A stretch of DNA of 63,898 nucleotides, the filler included, from Blastocystis sp. subtype 4 (lineage: Eukaryota): assembly GCF_000743755.1 (NCBI RefSeq). It is 3 parts of 3 records of this genome, joined end to end, with 100 filler letters (N's around TTAATTAATTAA, not from the genome) between each part and the next. Parts side by side here need not be neighbours in the genome. Positions count along the whole stretch, not along the records: positions 45,043 to 63,898 come from NW_014569332.1; 2 more parts are not named here. One strand, given 5' to 3'. Below the pieces are notes generated by a model that was not told the origin of the DNA, searched no databases, and saw only the letters and a list, made by a program, of their open reading frames with translations. Both the position numbers and the translations under genes were made by a program. Of this stretch, positions 49,986 to 63,898 are shown in pieces (position 1 is the first letter of the stretch; every line of letters begins with the position of its first letter).

Positions 49986-52118
49986 CTAAAGTACTTTGAC
50001 AGGATCGTTGTGGTTCCATCATGAATAGTATTGTCCTTCTGTCTTTCGTCTTCTGATCTGGGAGACTTCTCTTTTGCATATTTCAATATCCGATCCAGCA
50101 ACCGTACTGGCTCCTTTTTCGTTTCTTTTGGAGTTTCATATGTCTACTCTTAACGACAATTCATTGCACTACTTTCCATAGGAGTTGAGAGACTTTCCAC
50201 ACGAACTTCACACTAATATTCCTCCTGCCTTCTTGAAGAAGAGTAAGAGCATCCTGGATGCCTTGGCAAGCATATATAGAATCTCGAAGAGTGAGAAGTA
50301 AAGAAGCAGCAATATAATCCAGAAGAGGAAGAGCAGGTTCAGTCCAGATGAATAAACGGTCCCATAGAAAGAAAACAGCTTCGATTGACACTTCTCGAGA
50401 GAGAAGTAACCGGATCCATCTTAGGAGAAACATGGATGGTAGAATTCCAAGTTCATTGAGATAGGTAAGAAGGTGTTGGTTCATTTTGGGGTTCTCTTGT
50501 TGCTGGGCAGTATTCTGCTGTAGAAGTGGTTTCACATTACCCAAATTCTCAATTCTGTGCTTTGTATCCCTCTGATTGGTAATGCGTTTTGAATCTATCG
50601 TATTCGTTACTGTCTCTGCAGTTCTATTAGCTCCCTCTCCACTCCTCTCCACTCCCTCTCTATTCATTTCCAGGGTCTCGCACTGCTCAACTAACCACAT
50701 GACATGATCAATCCGATGGGTCAAATTCCATGTATCACCATCAACATAACATCCTCGAAGTAATGTCATCAAACGCTCAAGCAACATGTAACAATCATGT
50801 TCCAAATATCGTTCATCTGTTAAAGAGGTCAGTACATCATACACCACTTGTTGATCCTTATTCCTATATATCATTTCACATCCTCAAATCAACAGTTGAT
50901 GCACAGCAGTTTCATTGTCCTTCTCCAATCGTTCCTTCTGGTATTTCAAATGAGAGTCCAGTAGTTCCCATGTGTGATTGTTTCCTTCACCGGATCTATG
51001 TCGATTCCGCTCACAAAACAAGCACAGAAGCAGTACTGCTAGAATATCCGTCATTCCCTGTTTATATCCCATTTCAGAATGCTCCACAGAATACACTAAC
51101 ACTAGACGTACTACCAAATCCTGGATTAAAGAACTCTTGAAGAATAGGTAGTCACTAAAAGTACGAGTACAATCTTTACGGATCACTTGTTCCAATTCCC
51201 GCAATTCTCGATAGGCTGTAGATCCGCGAGCTTCTACGGCCTCCTGACAGCCGATACGCTGCGCTTTTGCGATAATATCCATGTGCTTAGAACGGATCGA
51301 TTCATAATACTCGCGTTGCTTTGAAACTTGAATTGGCCATGTATTCAAAGAACCTTATATGATATTCATCCACCATCCATACAGTTTCCATCAATGCAAC
51401 CCAAACATAATCTCCAAAATACACTTCGAATACCTGTTTCAGAGAGATCACACTACTTATAAATGAAATGAGAAGAAACTACGTGATTTACATAGTCCAT
51501 ACGATCTTCTGGTGGAATAGCTGCTACTGTTTGAAGAGATTCAATCTTCACAAGGAGAGAAGTATTCACAATCGAGGTCAGTGAAACGAGAGAGTCAGGG
51601 TACTTTTGAATAAAATGGGACTTGTTGAAAAACAACGATGAAAGTGTCATTTCCTTCGGTCGTGTGGGTCTCTTTCGCAAATTCAGTATATAACACACCC
51701 AATCTTCTGCCCTTTCATCGGAGATACAGGAAAAGGAAAAAAGAATGCTACCTTGAAGATCACGCATGGAAACAGTATTCTACATTGTATCTCATTGACT
51801 GAACCCTACTCCAATCACTTCCGGTAATAAATCCCTAAGTGAAAAAGCGCAGATTGGATTCTCCATATTTCCTCGTTTATAAAAGGAAATTCTATACTTT
51901 GTCACAATAAATCCTTGAGTACTTGTTCAATCCAACATCAAGCCAACAAAGACATCGTTTGAAGCTATATCCATTCTATTTGTAATAAACGACCCTTTTG
52001 GATTTGTACACTGGTAACAGAGACCACTTCTTCCTTCTTCTCATTTTCATCCTGCTTTTCGATTATACGTCTCTCACCTACCTAATAGTAAGTTTCGAAT
52101 AACAATTTGATATACCAT
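49986..52118 (-). CDS. Rab-GAP TBC-domain protein, TBC1D5-like, with a possible N-terminal PH-like region
   Basis: IRKDCTRT (R finger), YKQGM (Q finger), LEHDCY, LRWIRLLLSRE, LWD. Confidence 0.85.
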
Positions 52119-52327
52119 GTAATAGATTGAAAAGCTTTGTGAGAGTGTTTCTAAGTGTCAGTCTGTTTCGTTATTTGCGAGCAGGCAAAAGGAAATCGGA
52201 TCTTATCCAATCCTCGATGACTCGGAACACAATAGTACAGCAATAGGTATCATTGCTGTATTTCAGAAAAAACCGTTAGTGCGTCCTCGGTTCACGAAAT
52301 GGAATTGTATTATTATTCAAAGACAGA

Positions 52328-53327
52328 ATGTTTCGTGAGCTTGTAGAATTGGCAGAGAGTCGTTCAGCATCGCTGTGGTTGATTATCTTGCTGTGTGTAT
52401 TGCTGTTCCTCTGGACCGAGTTTATGTGTTATCTTCCTCTTTGGTTGCGTGTAGGAAAGCTTGGACTCTCGTTTATCAGTGCCTTGGGTGCTGGATTGAT
52501 GGTGGGAGCGGCATTCTGTGTGGTTATTCCAGAGTCCATTTCAGACGCATTGGAGCACTCGCATGCGGAAGGGTCTGAGGAGGCGGAGATGGCTGTGTAT
52601 CGTCTGATTGGTATTTGTATTACCAGTGGTTTCTCTCTTATGATGATGGTGGATGCTTTGACTCATCGGATGTGTGGTCATAGTCACAGTCATGGTGATC
52701 ATGAGCATGGAGAAGGTGAGTGTGGTCATGAGCACGGTGAGTGCGATCACAGTCATGAAGGAGGTGAATGCAATCACGACCATGATCAGGAAGGCCATAA
52801 TGAAGAGATCAATCGTGTAGAAGAAGTCAATCATAGACATCCCTACCAAGCTACTGTATGGGGTCTTTGTTTCCACTCTATCTTTGATGGCGTGGCAATT
52901 GGTGCAACGATGCTCGATTCCCACCCTAAGGTTCTTTGGATTATCTTCTTTGCCATTGTCCTTCATAAGTCTGCCGCTTCTTTTGGTCTTGGAGCTTATT
53001 TCAAGAAGTTGCAGTTAACAGTCAAGCAGTGTTTGTGATTCTTGAATCTTTTGACTTCTAGCTTTACCTCATATCAGTATCTTTGCTGCAACCACTCCAG
53101 TAGCTACATTCTGTACAGCATTAGCCACTCTTTGGGTCTCCCATATTAATGAGACGGCAATGCCTGTGGCCTTTGCTTTTTCTGCTGGAACCTTCCTTTA
53201 TGTGTCCATTACTCATATCGTTCCTGAAATTGGTAGCAATCTCAAGGCGTGGCATCTTATCTTCATGGTTATTGGTATTATGCTTCCCTATTTCCTCTTT
53301 ATTGATGCAGATCATGCTGGCAATTAA
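52328..53327 (+). CDS. ZIP9-like zinc transporter with a His/Cys/Glu-rich loop
   Basis: ALGAGLMVGAA..VVIPE, GLCFHSIFDGVAIGA, AIVLHKSAASFGL, FSAGTFLYV. Confidence 0.9.
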
Positions 53328-53377
53328 GAAATTGTTTTGTATTCTGTTTGTTCTATCGAAACAATTCAGATTCAATG

Positions 53378-53436
53378 CCAAAAGTTCAGAAATGTAAGTC
53401 TCAAAGAGTTTCCCTACACCCCATCATAGAATTTGG
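53378..53436 (-). promoter_or_regulatory. Type II SECIS element in the thioredoxin reductase 3' UTR
   Basis: CCAAA ttct ATGAT GGGGTGTAGG GAAA CTC TTT GAG A CTTACATTTC TGAA ct TTTGG: helix I, AUGA/GA core, 10-bp helix II, AAA and apical mini-helix. Confidence 0.85.
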
Positions 53437-53608
53437 ATCTCCTCTAATCCAACCAGTAATGCAATACAGACGACAAGGTCGGTGATAGTTGTGTAGTATA
53501 GTAAGAAAGTGTTGTAGTGTCCTGAAGCCAAGAGACTGTGATGTTTCTAATGACTTTTATACTGTGACGTTGTTTCATAAGTTACAGCAATGTAATGTCA
53601 TATCACCC

Positions 53609-53756
53609 TAGTTAACTGTGTACAACATCACAAAACCTTTAGTTAACTGTGTGCAACATCACAGCATCTTTAGTTAACTGCGTACACCACACAACACCCT
53701 CAACTGCACACAATATCGCAACACCTTTAATCTACTGCACATATCGCAGAACCACC
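53609..53756. repeat. Degenerate ~30-nt tandem repeat, about 5 copies, in the TrxR 3' UTR
   Basis: AGTTAACTGTGT(A/G)CAACATCACA...CTTT units that diverge progressively. Confidence 0.8.
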
Positions 53757-53796
53757 ATAGATGGAAACCAACATTGTCGCGGTACCCGTATTGCAT

Positions 53797-55475
<1,679 letters not shown>

Positions 55476-55531
55476 ACCCAAATCCTCAGAAATAGAATTG
55501 ACAGACTTCTCTTTTTGTCAATTGCCACCAA

Positions 55532-56603
55532 ATGATCAACAGTTCCACTGTGAAAGAGTGCGAGGACTTCCTAAACTCGATAGAACTATCGGTCCCTCCT
55601 AGCTTGAGTCTATTATATCTAGATTCCCGAAGTAGTTCAAGAAAGTGTTCAAGAACTCGTTGGAATTGCCCAGAGTAACCACAAGCCACTCGTTATTATC
55701 ACTTCTGGTGGAACCACAATTCCTTTGGAAAAGAACACCGTTCGTTTCATCGATAACTTTTCTACCGGATCTAGAGGTGCGACAAGTGCAGAGTGAGTAT
55801 CAATAGCGAAGATCATGGATAGGTATTTTCTTCGTCAAGACTATGTAGTCCTTTTCCTTTATCGTGAATCTTCGAAAAGACCGTTTCGATCTTATATCGA
55901 ATCTCAACTTTCTGATGCATTACTAGATGGAGTTGCTTCCGATCACTCTCTCTTGTGTATTCGTTGGTCTTGGCTTTAAACATAGTTTCATCGCTTCCTG
56001 AATGTGTCCTTTCCATATACAAACAGTGGAAAGAAGTGCAGGCAGCGAAGTCTCTGTTGGAGATCCCGTTCACTACTGTATTTGAATACATGGTCCTTTT
56101 TCGTCATGTGTGTCTGGCATGTTCTTGTCTTGGTTCACAACTCATGGTATATTCTGCAGCTGCTGTATCGGATTTCTATGTGCCACTCCGTGATATGAAT
56201 ACACATAAGATTCAGTCGTCTGATGGAAAGCCATATTTGGCTCTAACGAATACACCCAAGATGCTCTACATGGTATCGAATATATGGGCTCCTGAAGCCT
56301 ATCTAGTATCGTTCAAGTTAGAGACAGATACAACTATTCTTCTGGATAAAGCCACTTCTGCTATTACAAGGTGGGGGTACCAAAAAACGATAATGAATAG
56401 ATATAATGTGGACTGTGTCGTAGCCAACATTTTAATGACACGATATAACGAAGTCCGATTAGTGTTCAATGGAGCTAGTTATAAGAATCGACATCTGTCA
56501 TTCGATCGTTCATCGCCTATTTCCGTAGAAGTAGTCATTAAGAACTCTGAAGAACCGTTGGAAGCTATCTTTGTTCCACGATTAGTTCAAGCTCATCTCC
56601 ATT
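55532..56603 (+). CDS. PPCS: Phosphopantothenate-cysteine ligase
   Basis: [52 protein letters not shown]. Confidence 0.95.
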
Positions 56604-56688
56604 GTTGTGTTTGTTCCTTTAAAATTACAGATGAGTAATTATCGTCGCCGTGATATGGGTTTCTGGTTAAGATTTGTGTTCTTTGTTG

Positions 56689-57697
56689 ATGAGCAGGTAT
56701 CATCAGGAATATGATCCTATTCGAAATGGAAGTATGGATGGAACAGATATCCATCCTCATGATCATGGTTTAGTGCGTGCTTATCACAATCATTGTTGAC
56801 GTATGTAATTCTGGTTATTTGTAGATGACAGCCGAAAGGACTGTAATAATAAGTGTGATCCGTATAGAACACTTTTTGTTGGTCGATTAAAGTTGTAGTT
56901 GGAATCTTTTGTAATTAGTAGTGAAACGACGACTGAAGATACTCTTATACAGACATTTTCACGTTATGGAAAGCTGAAATCACTCAGATTGGTTCGTGAT
57001 ATTGTTACTGGATGTTCGATGAAATATGCATTTGTGGAATATTACTATGATGAGGATTTTTCTTCGGCATTCTTTGGAGCCCATCGAATGCAACTTGATG
57101 ATGCTCAGATTCTAGTTGATTTTATGCGAGAGCAGACTGTTCCTGGTTGGATCCCTCGTCGCTTAGGAGGAGGTGTAGGTGGAAAGAAACCAAGTGGGCA
57201 GATGCGTTTTGGTGGTCGTGACTGTCCTTTTCGTGCACCTTTTGATATTAACATATACCGGAGGAAGCAAAATGCTGGGAACCGAATGAGGCAAGAGGAG
57301 TGGAACAGGCAAGGGGAATCTGGAGACCAAAGAAAACGAGATACAGAGAGGCGGGATGAGTTGAGAAAGGATTCTGTGGAATTGCACAGAAGGGAGGATT
57401 ATGTAGGCCGTTCGAGTTATCGTGAGTCTTCAAGAACCAGAAGTAGATCAAGAGCACGAAGTCGATCAAAGCATAACCACTCAACAACTCGGGACCGAAG
57501 TAAGTCAAGAGCTGGAAGTCGATCAAAGCACAACCACTCAACAACTCGTGATCGAAGTCGGTCAAGGACCCATACTAGTAACTATTCTACTCATCATCCC
57601 AGTCCATCACGGACTCATGACCATAACCACTCACCATCTCATTATTGCAGCCATGCCCACTCCAGAAGCCATAAACATATCCACTCTCATAAATCAT
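56689..57697 (+). CDS. SNRNP35: U11/U12 snRNP 35-kDa protein
   Basis: EYDPIRNGSMDGTDIHPHD, DPYRTLFVGRL, LVRDIVTG.S..YAFVEY, GWIPRRLGGGVGGKK.SGQMRFGGRD.PF, RS tail. Confidence 0.92.
57445..57565 (+). repeat. 60-nt coding duplication (RSRSKHNHSTTRDRS, 2 copies)
   Basis: Two near-identical units. Confidence 0.85.
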
Positions 57698-57720
57698 TTC
57701 CTGTTTGCAATAATAAAGAA

Positions 57721-57794
57721 TGCTCAAACGGGGGATCGAACCCCAGACCTTCGCGTTATTAGCACGACGCTCTAACCAGCTGAGCTATTCGAGC
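57721..57794 (-). tRNA. tRNA-Ile(AAU)
   Basis: GCTCGAA TAGCTCAGCTGGTTAGAGC GTCGTG CT AAT AA CGCGA AGGTC TGGGG TTCGATC CCCCG TTTGAGC A forms a cloverleaf. Confidence 0.95.
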
Positions 57795-57855
57795 ACACTT
57801 ATTTCTTCTCACTTACTCCCTATAAACAAGAACAATTAGTCAATTGTCACTATTC

Positions 57856-59170
57856 ATGAGTCCTGAAGTGTCAAGACATCATAAACATAAACATCGAGGC
57901 AGAGGACATCATCATCATCATTCACGGTCCAAGAATGAATCATCATCTCCAAGTCCGTTGAAAGAGACGCAGGAACAACAGAAAGAGATTATAGATAATG
58001 ATACTATCAAGTATCTCTCTAGCTGCATCTCACATCTAGAAAATGCCAACAAATCCTTCGTGACTTCAAAAAAACAAATCCAGAAGATACTGCTAATCTG
58101 AAGACCCAATTAGATATTCTAGATCATGGTTATGCTGTAGACGTATCCAAAGTATCAAATTCCATGATTCAAGGAACACTCCGCATTATTTTTGACCTTC
58201 TTGCTCTTCCTCAGACCAATCGTGGCTATTTCTGGGACGAGGAGGCTTTTGACGGAAAACGGATATGCGATCTCTTTTATGACTGCCTTACAGATTCTAT
58301 GCCTCCTATTGAACAATTTCAAGTCGATGGTGATTTGAATGCGATTGACCTAGAGGATGAAGAGGAGGACGAAGTACAAATGGGTCCTGTGCGACCTCCT
58401 GCTCCTGTTCTCTTATCAACAAAAGACGAACTATTGATTGGACCTTCAATTCCTAAAGAGATTCTGGAAATGATGCAGCACGATATCCCCGTGCAAATTG
58501 AAGAGGATGGAGAGGATGTTGGTCCGGCTCTACCTGGTCAAGAAGAACGTAAACCGACAGAACAACCCTTCCTACAATCCCAACCGGAGCAACCAACTCC
58601 AAAGCGACTAGTGGATTTGTTCATGAAGGATGATACTTAGAAGCGGGATGAATGGATGACCATGATGCCTGATGCAGGCTTCTCGTCCGCCTTTGCGGAA
58701 GTTCGGTCGAGACGGTTTGCAAACGTACCTAGTGGTTGCACTGTATTGTTTCATCTCTATACTAACTAGATTGATCCATCATGGGCAGAAACCCCTGAAG
58801 AACGAAAGAAGAAGCTTCGAGAGTATCTAGCCAAAACACAAGTTGGAGGAGTGGAGGAAGAGATAAGTTCAAGCAACCAATCCAATGATGATAAACAAAA
58901 GCGAGTGAAAGAGTATCTGGAAGAGTATGATCAACAGTACCGACCAGAGTCACTTGCATCCATCTATAAACGAGTGTCAATTCATTCCAATAGTAACTTA
59001 TAGATGAAGTCTGAAGGGACATTATCCAAACCACGAGATGACTATTCCAGAGAGGCAATCTTCCGGAATTCGAAGAGAAAACGATCGTTCGCTGGAGACA
59101 TGACAAATTCGATGGGAAGTCTTAAGAGTCGGTTTGGTGATGTCAAGTATTCGGGTGGATCCATGTTTTA
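57856..59170 (+). CDS. GPALPP1: GPALPP1/DUF3752-like protein
   Basis: IGPSIP, VGPALPG, RDEWMTMMP, WAETPEERKKK, RPESL, LKSRF. Confidence 0.8.
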
Positions 59171-59359
59171 TTTCTGTTTCTTGAACTGCTTATATATTTA
59201 ATTTTTGTAAAACCTTGTATCTGTCAATTTGGTACCGTTTCTTTGCTTCTCTTATTAGGATACTCCTTTGCATCTATTCACTTGGATACACTACCTTTGC
59301 TCTGACCTACATGAATATACCATCTTCATTACCACTCTCTTCAACAAACATATATTACT

Positions 59360-60139
59360 TTACAAATTGTTAAGACGGTTGACAAGATCATTAGGATTGG
59401 CTTGGGCAGTAGCTGGTAATTGAGCAGCAGTAGCGGGAACAGTTCCCTCCAAAGTACCCTTTTCAGCGGCCACTTCCAACTGCGCCTGAGCCAATAGGGC
59501 ATCTGCACTCTCCTACAGTCTCATTCTATAATGGAACCTACAGAACTAGCAACAGACTGAGAACCCATAGCATCTGTAAAACCAGCCATCCTACACTTTA
59601 ATAAACCACTCAAGGCATACATGACATTGCTGTCCTCACATGCCTGCTTAAAACCATCCATAGCAGCATACATCTAAACTCAAAACCCAAACACATCGCC
59701 TACACGATTAATATCCATGGATGTTGAAGCAGCTTTAATGGCACTAACACACGAAGACATAGATTTAGAAATCTAGACATTACTCAAGAACTTTGAGCCT
59801 ACTCCAGACATAGAAGAAACGCTCTGCATTGTCATAGCAGCTGCTTCGACTCGGCTAGAAAGAACCATAAACTGCTTTGCCTGATTACGCATACGAATCG
59901 AACTCTACCTCTCACCAAAGCAACTCAACACTACTTCAGCGTAGATTTTAGCACCTTCTTGATTACCTTTAACAACCTCCTAAACGTTAAGTCTAGAACA
60001 CAACCTGTACTGCCTTCATCTTCTTTTCATAATTCTTTGCTTCCTGCTCAGCCTTCTTGTACTGAGCATTCAAAGACCGTGACGTCATCTTCAATTCAAT
60101 AACTTGATCCTCGAGCGAAGGCTTTTTCCAGAATGGCAT
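59360..60139 (-). CDS. CHMP1: ESCRT-III CHMP1/Did2/Vps46; absent from the ORF track
   Basis: IELKMTSRSL...KGNQEGAKIYAESSIR.RNQA...LSSRVEA...DLVNRLNNL (MIM1-like end); about 6 short introns. Confidence 0.88.
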
Positions 60140-60473
60140 TGCAAATAATAATTAGAAGAATATGAATTAACTGTTCACAGAGGTAATTTTTCGTTCTAGT
60201 TTCTTATTGGGAAATCCAGTGCGACTTGCTCTTTGGTTTTTTTCTTAAGATAGAGAGTTATATTGATGCACTTCATCGAATTTCGCTACTATGTACAATT
60301 TGAACAAAGATTGGAGCGTTCTGAGATAAGGATCTTGAAAGGTATAGTTCACACAAATTGATGCCAATGGTGTTATTCTGTCAGTTTGCAAGATTCATAG
60401 ACTTTCCCACTTGCCCATTGTTTCCTTCACAATCATCTTCGCCTTAAACCAGATTCTTTTGATAGTCGTTGAA

Positions 60474-61181
60474 ATGGATCCATTGAATTCCAATCCTGTT
60501 GACAAGCAGGTTGTGAATGGAAGTTACGGACTCAAAGGGATTCTACATGAAGTCTCCAATGTGGACAAGAAATTCAGTGGGAAATTGCACCAGTAATCCA
60601 TAAACTTTTCCGTCGATTCCTAGAATGCGTCTGAAAAAGCCTTTGGAATGGATCGTTCTTTTTCCTGCCCTTCTCTTTGGTCGCCACCTCTTGCCCGTTA
60701 TTGTCATTTCTATTTCTTTGTTTATCAATGTTCGGATCGGTCTTTACATGGGTTTGTGCTGGTATTCCTTCTGGCCATATTTGAATTATAGTGTTATTAC
60801 GGTCTTGTTCACAGAACCGTTGAAATATCTATTCGGTCGGGCTCGTCCTGCTGAAGATGAGATCCAAAATCGGATCATTCCTTTGAGAAAAGACGTCACA
60901 AATCCAGCTTTTCCATCGGGAGATAGTGCCCAGGTACTGTTTTGATTCTTTTGTGACTCTAGGCTGCAGTAATTGGAGGTGTTCTCTATTCCCTTACTAC
61001 CAACCCTCTTGCCTTGTTAATCCCTTTGCCAACAATGTTCGCTCGTGTGTATTTCGGAGCACATTGGATAGGTGATACTCTGGGTGGTTATGCTATCGGT
61101 GTCGCAATGGGAGTGTATGTAGTTCCATATCTTGTCAAATTGCTAATATCATTCCTTGGAAGTAGTATGGAGTTTTTGTGA
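60474..61181 (+). CDS. PAP2-family lipid phosphate phosphatase-like protein
   Basis: KYLFGRARP, FPSGDS, ARVYFGAHWIGD. Confidence 0.8.
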
Positions 61182-61224
61182 CATAGGTCTTTTAGTGTCT
61201 GTCCATTGTTTCTTGTCATACACT

Positions 61225-62493
61225 ATGAATCGATCTCTTGGCCATATTTTGTTTCATTCTATTTTCTCTCGACTCCTTGTTCTCGGTATTTCGGTCTTCT
61301 CCACCACATTCGCTCCTTCCTTTGACAACAGTACAGCAATCTATCTAGTATGTATTGGAGCACTGTTTTGAATCGCAGGGTCATTATCATAGTGATTCTA
61401 GTAAGCTCTTGTCAATCATAATACCGTTTCTCAATTGGGATGGGTTGTATTTCTTGCTCCTCTTCCTTACATATAGACATTTCCTTGGTAATGGAGACTT
61501 TGGTTATCGTTACGACTTGAATTGTGCCTTCTTTCCCCTTCTCCCTTTTCTTATTCATTGTATTTCCTCATTGTCCTTGTTCTTCCTAATAAAGTAGTAT
61601 GAGTCGATATATTTGATCCCTAGTAATGTTGTATTTGTTGGTTCAGCCATTCTCTTTTACAGGATATCATATCTCGTCTTGGGAAATCCAAAACAATCCT
61701 ATGAGGCTACTCTTCTCTTCATCTATAATCCTGCTTCGATTCACTTTTCTTCCTTCTACTCCGAGTCCTTGTATTCATTTCTATCGAATTTCATTATTCT
61801 TCAATATGTTCGTTCCATGCAAGGACAACATCCTCAACCTCTTTTATTGATAGTTTCAGTAGCTCTTTCAACACTCCTTCGATCAAATAGTATCATTCTT
61901 ATCCCTTTGTTCTATTTGCCGACACTCCTTCAAGCTTCCCAGTCTCCCCTTCTCCTTTCGTTATCGATCGTTATTAGTATCCTTCCTATTTTTCTCTACC
62001 TCTACTACAACACGATCCGTTTCTGTCCATCGGATTCATGGTTTCCTCTGTTCACTTGTAATGGATCCACTGTTTATTCGTATGTGGAACAGAAGTATTG
62101 GAACGTTGGTCTTTTGGGGTACTATTCTTGGGAACATGTAGTTTGATTCGGTTGACTGTGATATAGGTTCCGGACTTTCTTATTGCTTCTCCAACAATTC
62201 TCCTAGCTGGAAGAGTGATCTATTCATCTCTTGGTTTTCTTACCAAAACTAAGGAATGGCGATTGTTGCCTTTTCTTCTTCATCTTGGGCTTCTCTTTTG
62301 CATTTGTCTCTTCTCTGCAAATATACAAATTATCACGCGAATGCTCATTTCTGCTTCTCCCTTGTTTCTTTGGGGAGTTTATACGATTATCAAGCAATCT
62401 CCTTTCATTGGAAAGTGTTTCATTCTAGGGTATTGGCTCTTGTATTTAGTTATTGGAACTGCAATGTTTAGTATGTATCTCCCATGGACATGA
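61225..62493 (+). CDS. PIGV: GPI mannosyltransferase II
   Basis: NWDG.HF, AFFPLLP, NPASIHFSSFYSESLY, RSN, YSYVEQKYWNVG, QIITR, LPWT. Confidence 0.92.
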
Positions 62494-62513
62494 AGTGTTT
62501 GAGAAAACAGTCA

Positions 62514-63450
62514 AATCAATTTCACTAGCTCTAGATGGATCATGTTGTTCGTACATCGGATGGATCGGTTCAGAAACGTGTATTGGTTGCAGAGTATTGG
62601 AAGAGGTTTGCAGAGGAACACTGGGAGCCGCTGACAAAGGAACATCAGTAGACGTAACAGCTGGACTAGCAGAATCACCAGCAGGCATATCATCCACTGG
62701 AGCTTCCGAGGATGCATTCACAGGAGAAGCAATTGGCAAAGTAGCATACACTTCATCACTTACAGGTCCATTAGTCTCCCCAACAACACTCATTGAAGGG
62801 AAAATTGAGTCAAACACATGCTGAGTCACTTGAGCCACCGACTCCAAAGCAGCTGAAATCTTCTCCGAAACATGATTTTCTTCATTCCAACGACGAATCG
62901 AATCGTTCATAGCGTTTGCACGTTGCTCCCACTACACATCACCAACACAAACCGCATGTACTTCAGGATTTGATATAACTTCAGCTGTTTTAGATGTCAC
63001 CTCCTTTGCAGTGTTCACTGCAGTCTCAGTAATCTTATACTTTTCATCAAAACTCCGAACTTCCCTCCCAATTCCCATAAACATTCTCCCAATATCACTC
63101 AACAAATCCGAGGGAGGCGTCTGCAAAGGGATCCTCTGCTGAGAGGGTGAAGAATAAGATACTGGAATGGAGGAAGACTCTTGAACAGGGTTCACTTCAG
63201 TTGTAGAATTCATCAGTCCTTTTATACAATCCGCTTCTTCCAAATACATGTTGATCTGATTCTGCATTTTCTCCCGCTCTTCACCATTCGCATTTACCAT
63301 TTGGTCTGCTACATGATTTACAGCATGTTGGTATCTAGCGATCAACTAAAAACACTAGAACCACATATCAATAGCTTCTTTATGTTTTCCTTGAAAAGAA
63401 AGCATCCGCGCATCATGAATTAACTCGTCGATTGATTTGCTACGATCCAT
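62514..63450 (-). CDS. MIT-domain protein
   Basis: Spliced IHDARMLSFQGKHKEAIDIYQHAV...EKMQNQINMYLEEADCIK three-helix MIT pattern. Confidence 0.6.
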
Positions 63451-63812
63451 TTTTAATTGTATAATACACTTTTCTCCTTCCTAGTTGAAAACGAATCTCG
63501 ATTCTTCAAATCTATTGCATCTGCAATGTTCTCTTTAGAAATAGATTCTTCGATCTTCTTCTCACTACGCGGATCGTTACTTTGGTTGGCCTCTTGACAA
63601 AATCCTAGAGACTCTTCTCTCAGAAGAAATGACTTCATCAATAGTTAGATATCCTGAGTTCAGAAAGAAGTCTCTTCATCATCCGTCTCATCAACACTTG
63701 AAGTCAAACACCAAATATTTATTTCACTCATACTTGTTCCATATGGAGGTGATATACGTTGTGACTGGCAAATCAGAAACAGGATAAAGGATTGTTTCCT
63801 TTCTTTCAATGA

Positions 63813-63894
63813 GCAAGCGTGACCGAGTGGTCCAAGGTGCTACGTTCAGGTCGTAGTGTGTTCGCACGCGTGGGTTCGAGTCCCACCGCTTGCA
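63813..63894 (+). tRNA. tRNA-Leu(CAG)
   Basis: GCAAGCG/CGCTTGC acceptor stem, CTACG TT CAG GT CGTAG anticodon arm, long variable arm, GTTCGAG T-loop, followed by TTTT. Confidence 0.95.
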
Positions 63895-63898
63895 TTTT

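Noticed and set aside
53609..53756. CRISPR-like spaced repeat
   Set aside because: Units are head-to-tail and diverging with no unique spacers and no cas genes, in a eukaryotic 3' UTR
57698..57794. SNRNP35 ORF overlapping an antisense tRNA-Ile
   Set aside because: Better explained by a poly(A)-created stop at 57697 than by true overlapping coding

Overview
Compact eukaryotic nuclear DNA with about 40 tightly packed genes broken by ~30-nt GT-AG introns. Many genes have a TGTTTGTT element just downstream of the 3' end, and several have no genomic stop at the expected place. This combination points to the anaerobic gut stramenopile Blastocystis (inference). The window is three contigs joined by artificial N/TTAATTAATTAA/N linkers (24327-24426, 44943-45042). 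Recognisable genes: RBBP6/Mpe1, GDP-fucose synthase, a GAF protein, Mei2-like RRM, an atypical Hsp70, NAA38/LSMD1, RPL21, an MRH lectin, an S26-like protein, an SLC35A transporter, glyoxalase II-like, LITAF, two ZIP transporters, REEP/HVA22, a fucosyltransferase-like GT, phospholipase B, WDR12, PABP-like, a meiotic-clade AAA ATPase, VAP-like, two GT49 genes, a PHO80-like cyclin, TBC1D5-like, thioredoxin reductase, PPCS, U11/U12-35K, GPALPP1, CHMP1, PAP2, PIG-V, a MIT protein and two tRNAs. Highlights: (1) a putatively organelle-targeted thioredoxin reductase with an in-frame UGA and a type II SECIS, giving an unusual Ser-Cys-Sec-Ala-Asn terminus; (2) one spliced gene that reads as a cNMP-binding/CaMKK-like kinase/PP2C phosphatase fusion; (3) about ten candidate stop codons completed by polyadenylation; (4) a 40-nt AT-AC U12-type intron plus a minor-spliceosome gene; (5) an intronless, frameshifted fragment resembling a viral penton (minor capsid) protein. 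All gene models were spliced by eye and family calls come from motif recall, not database searches.
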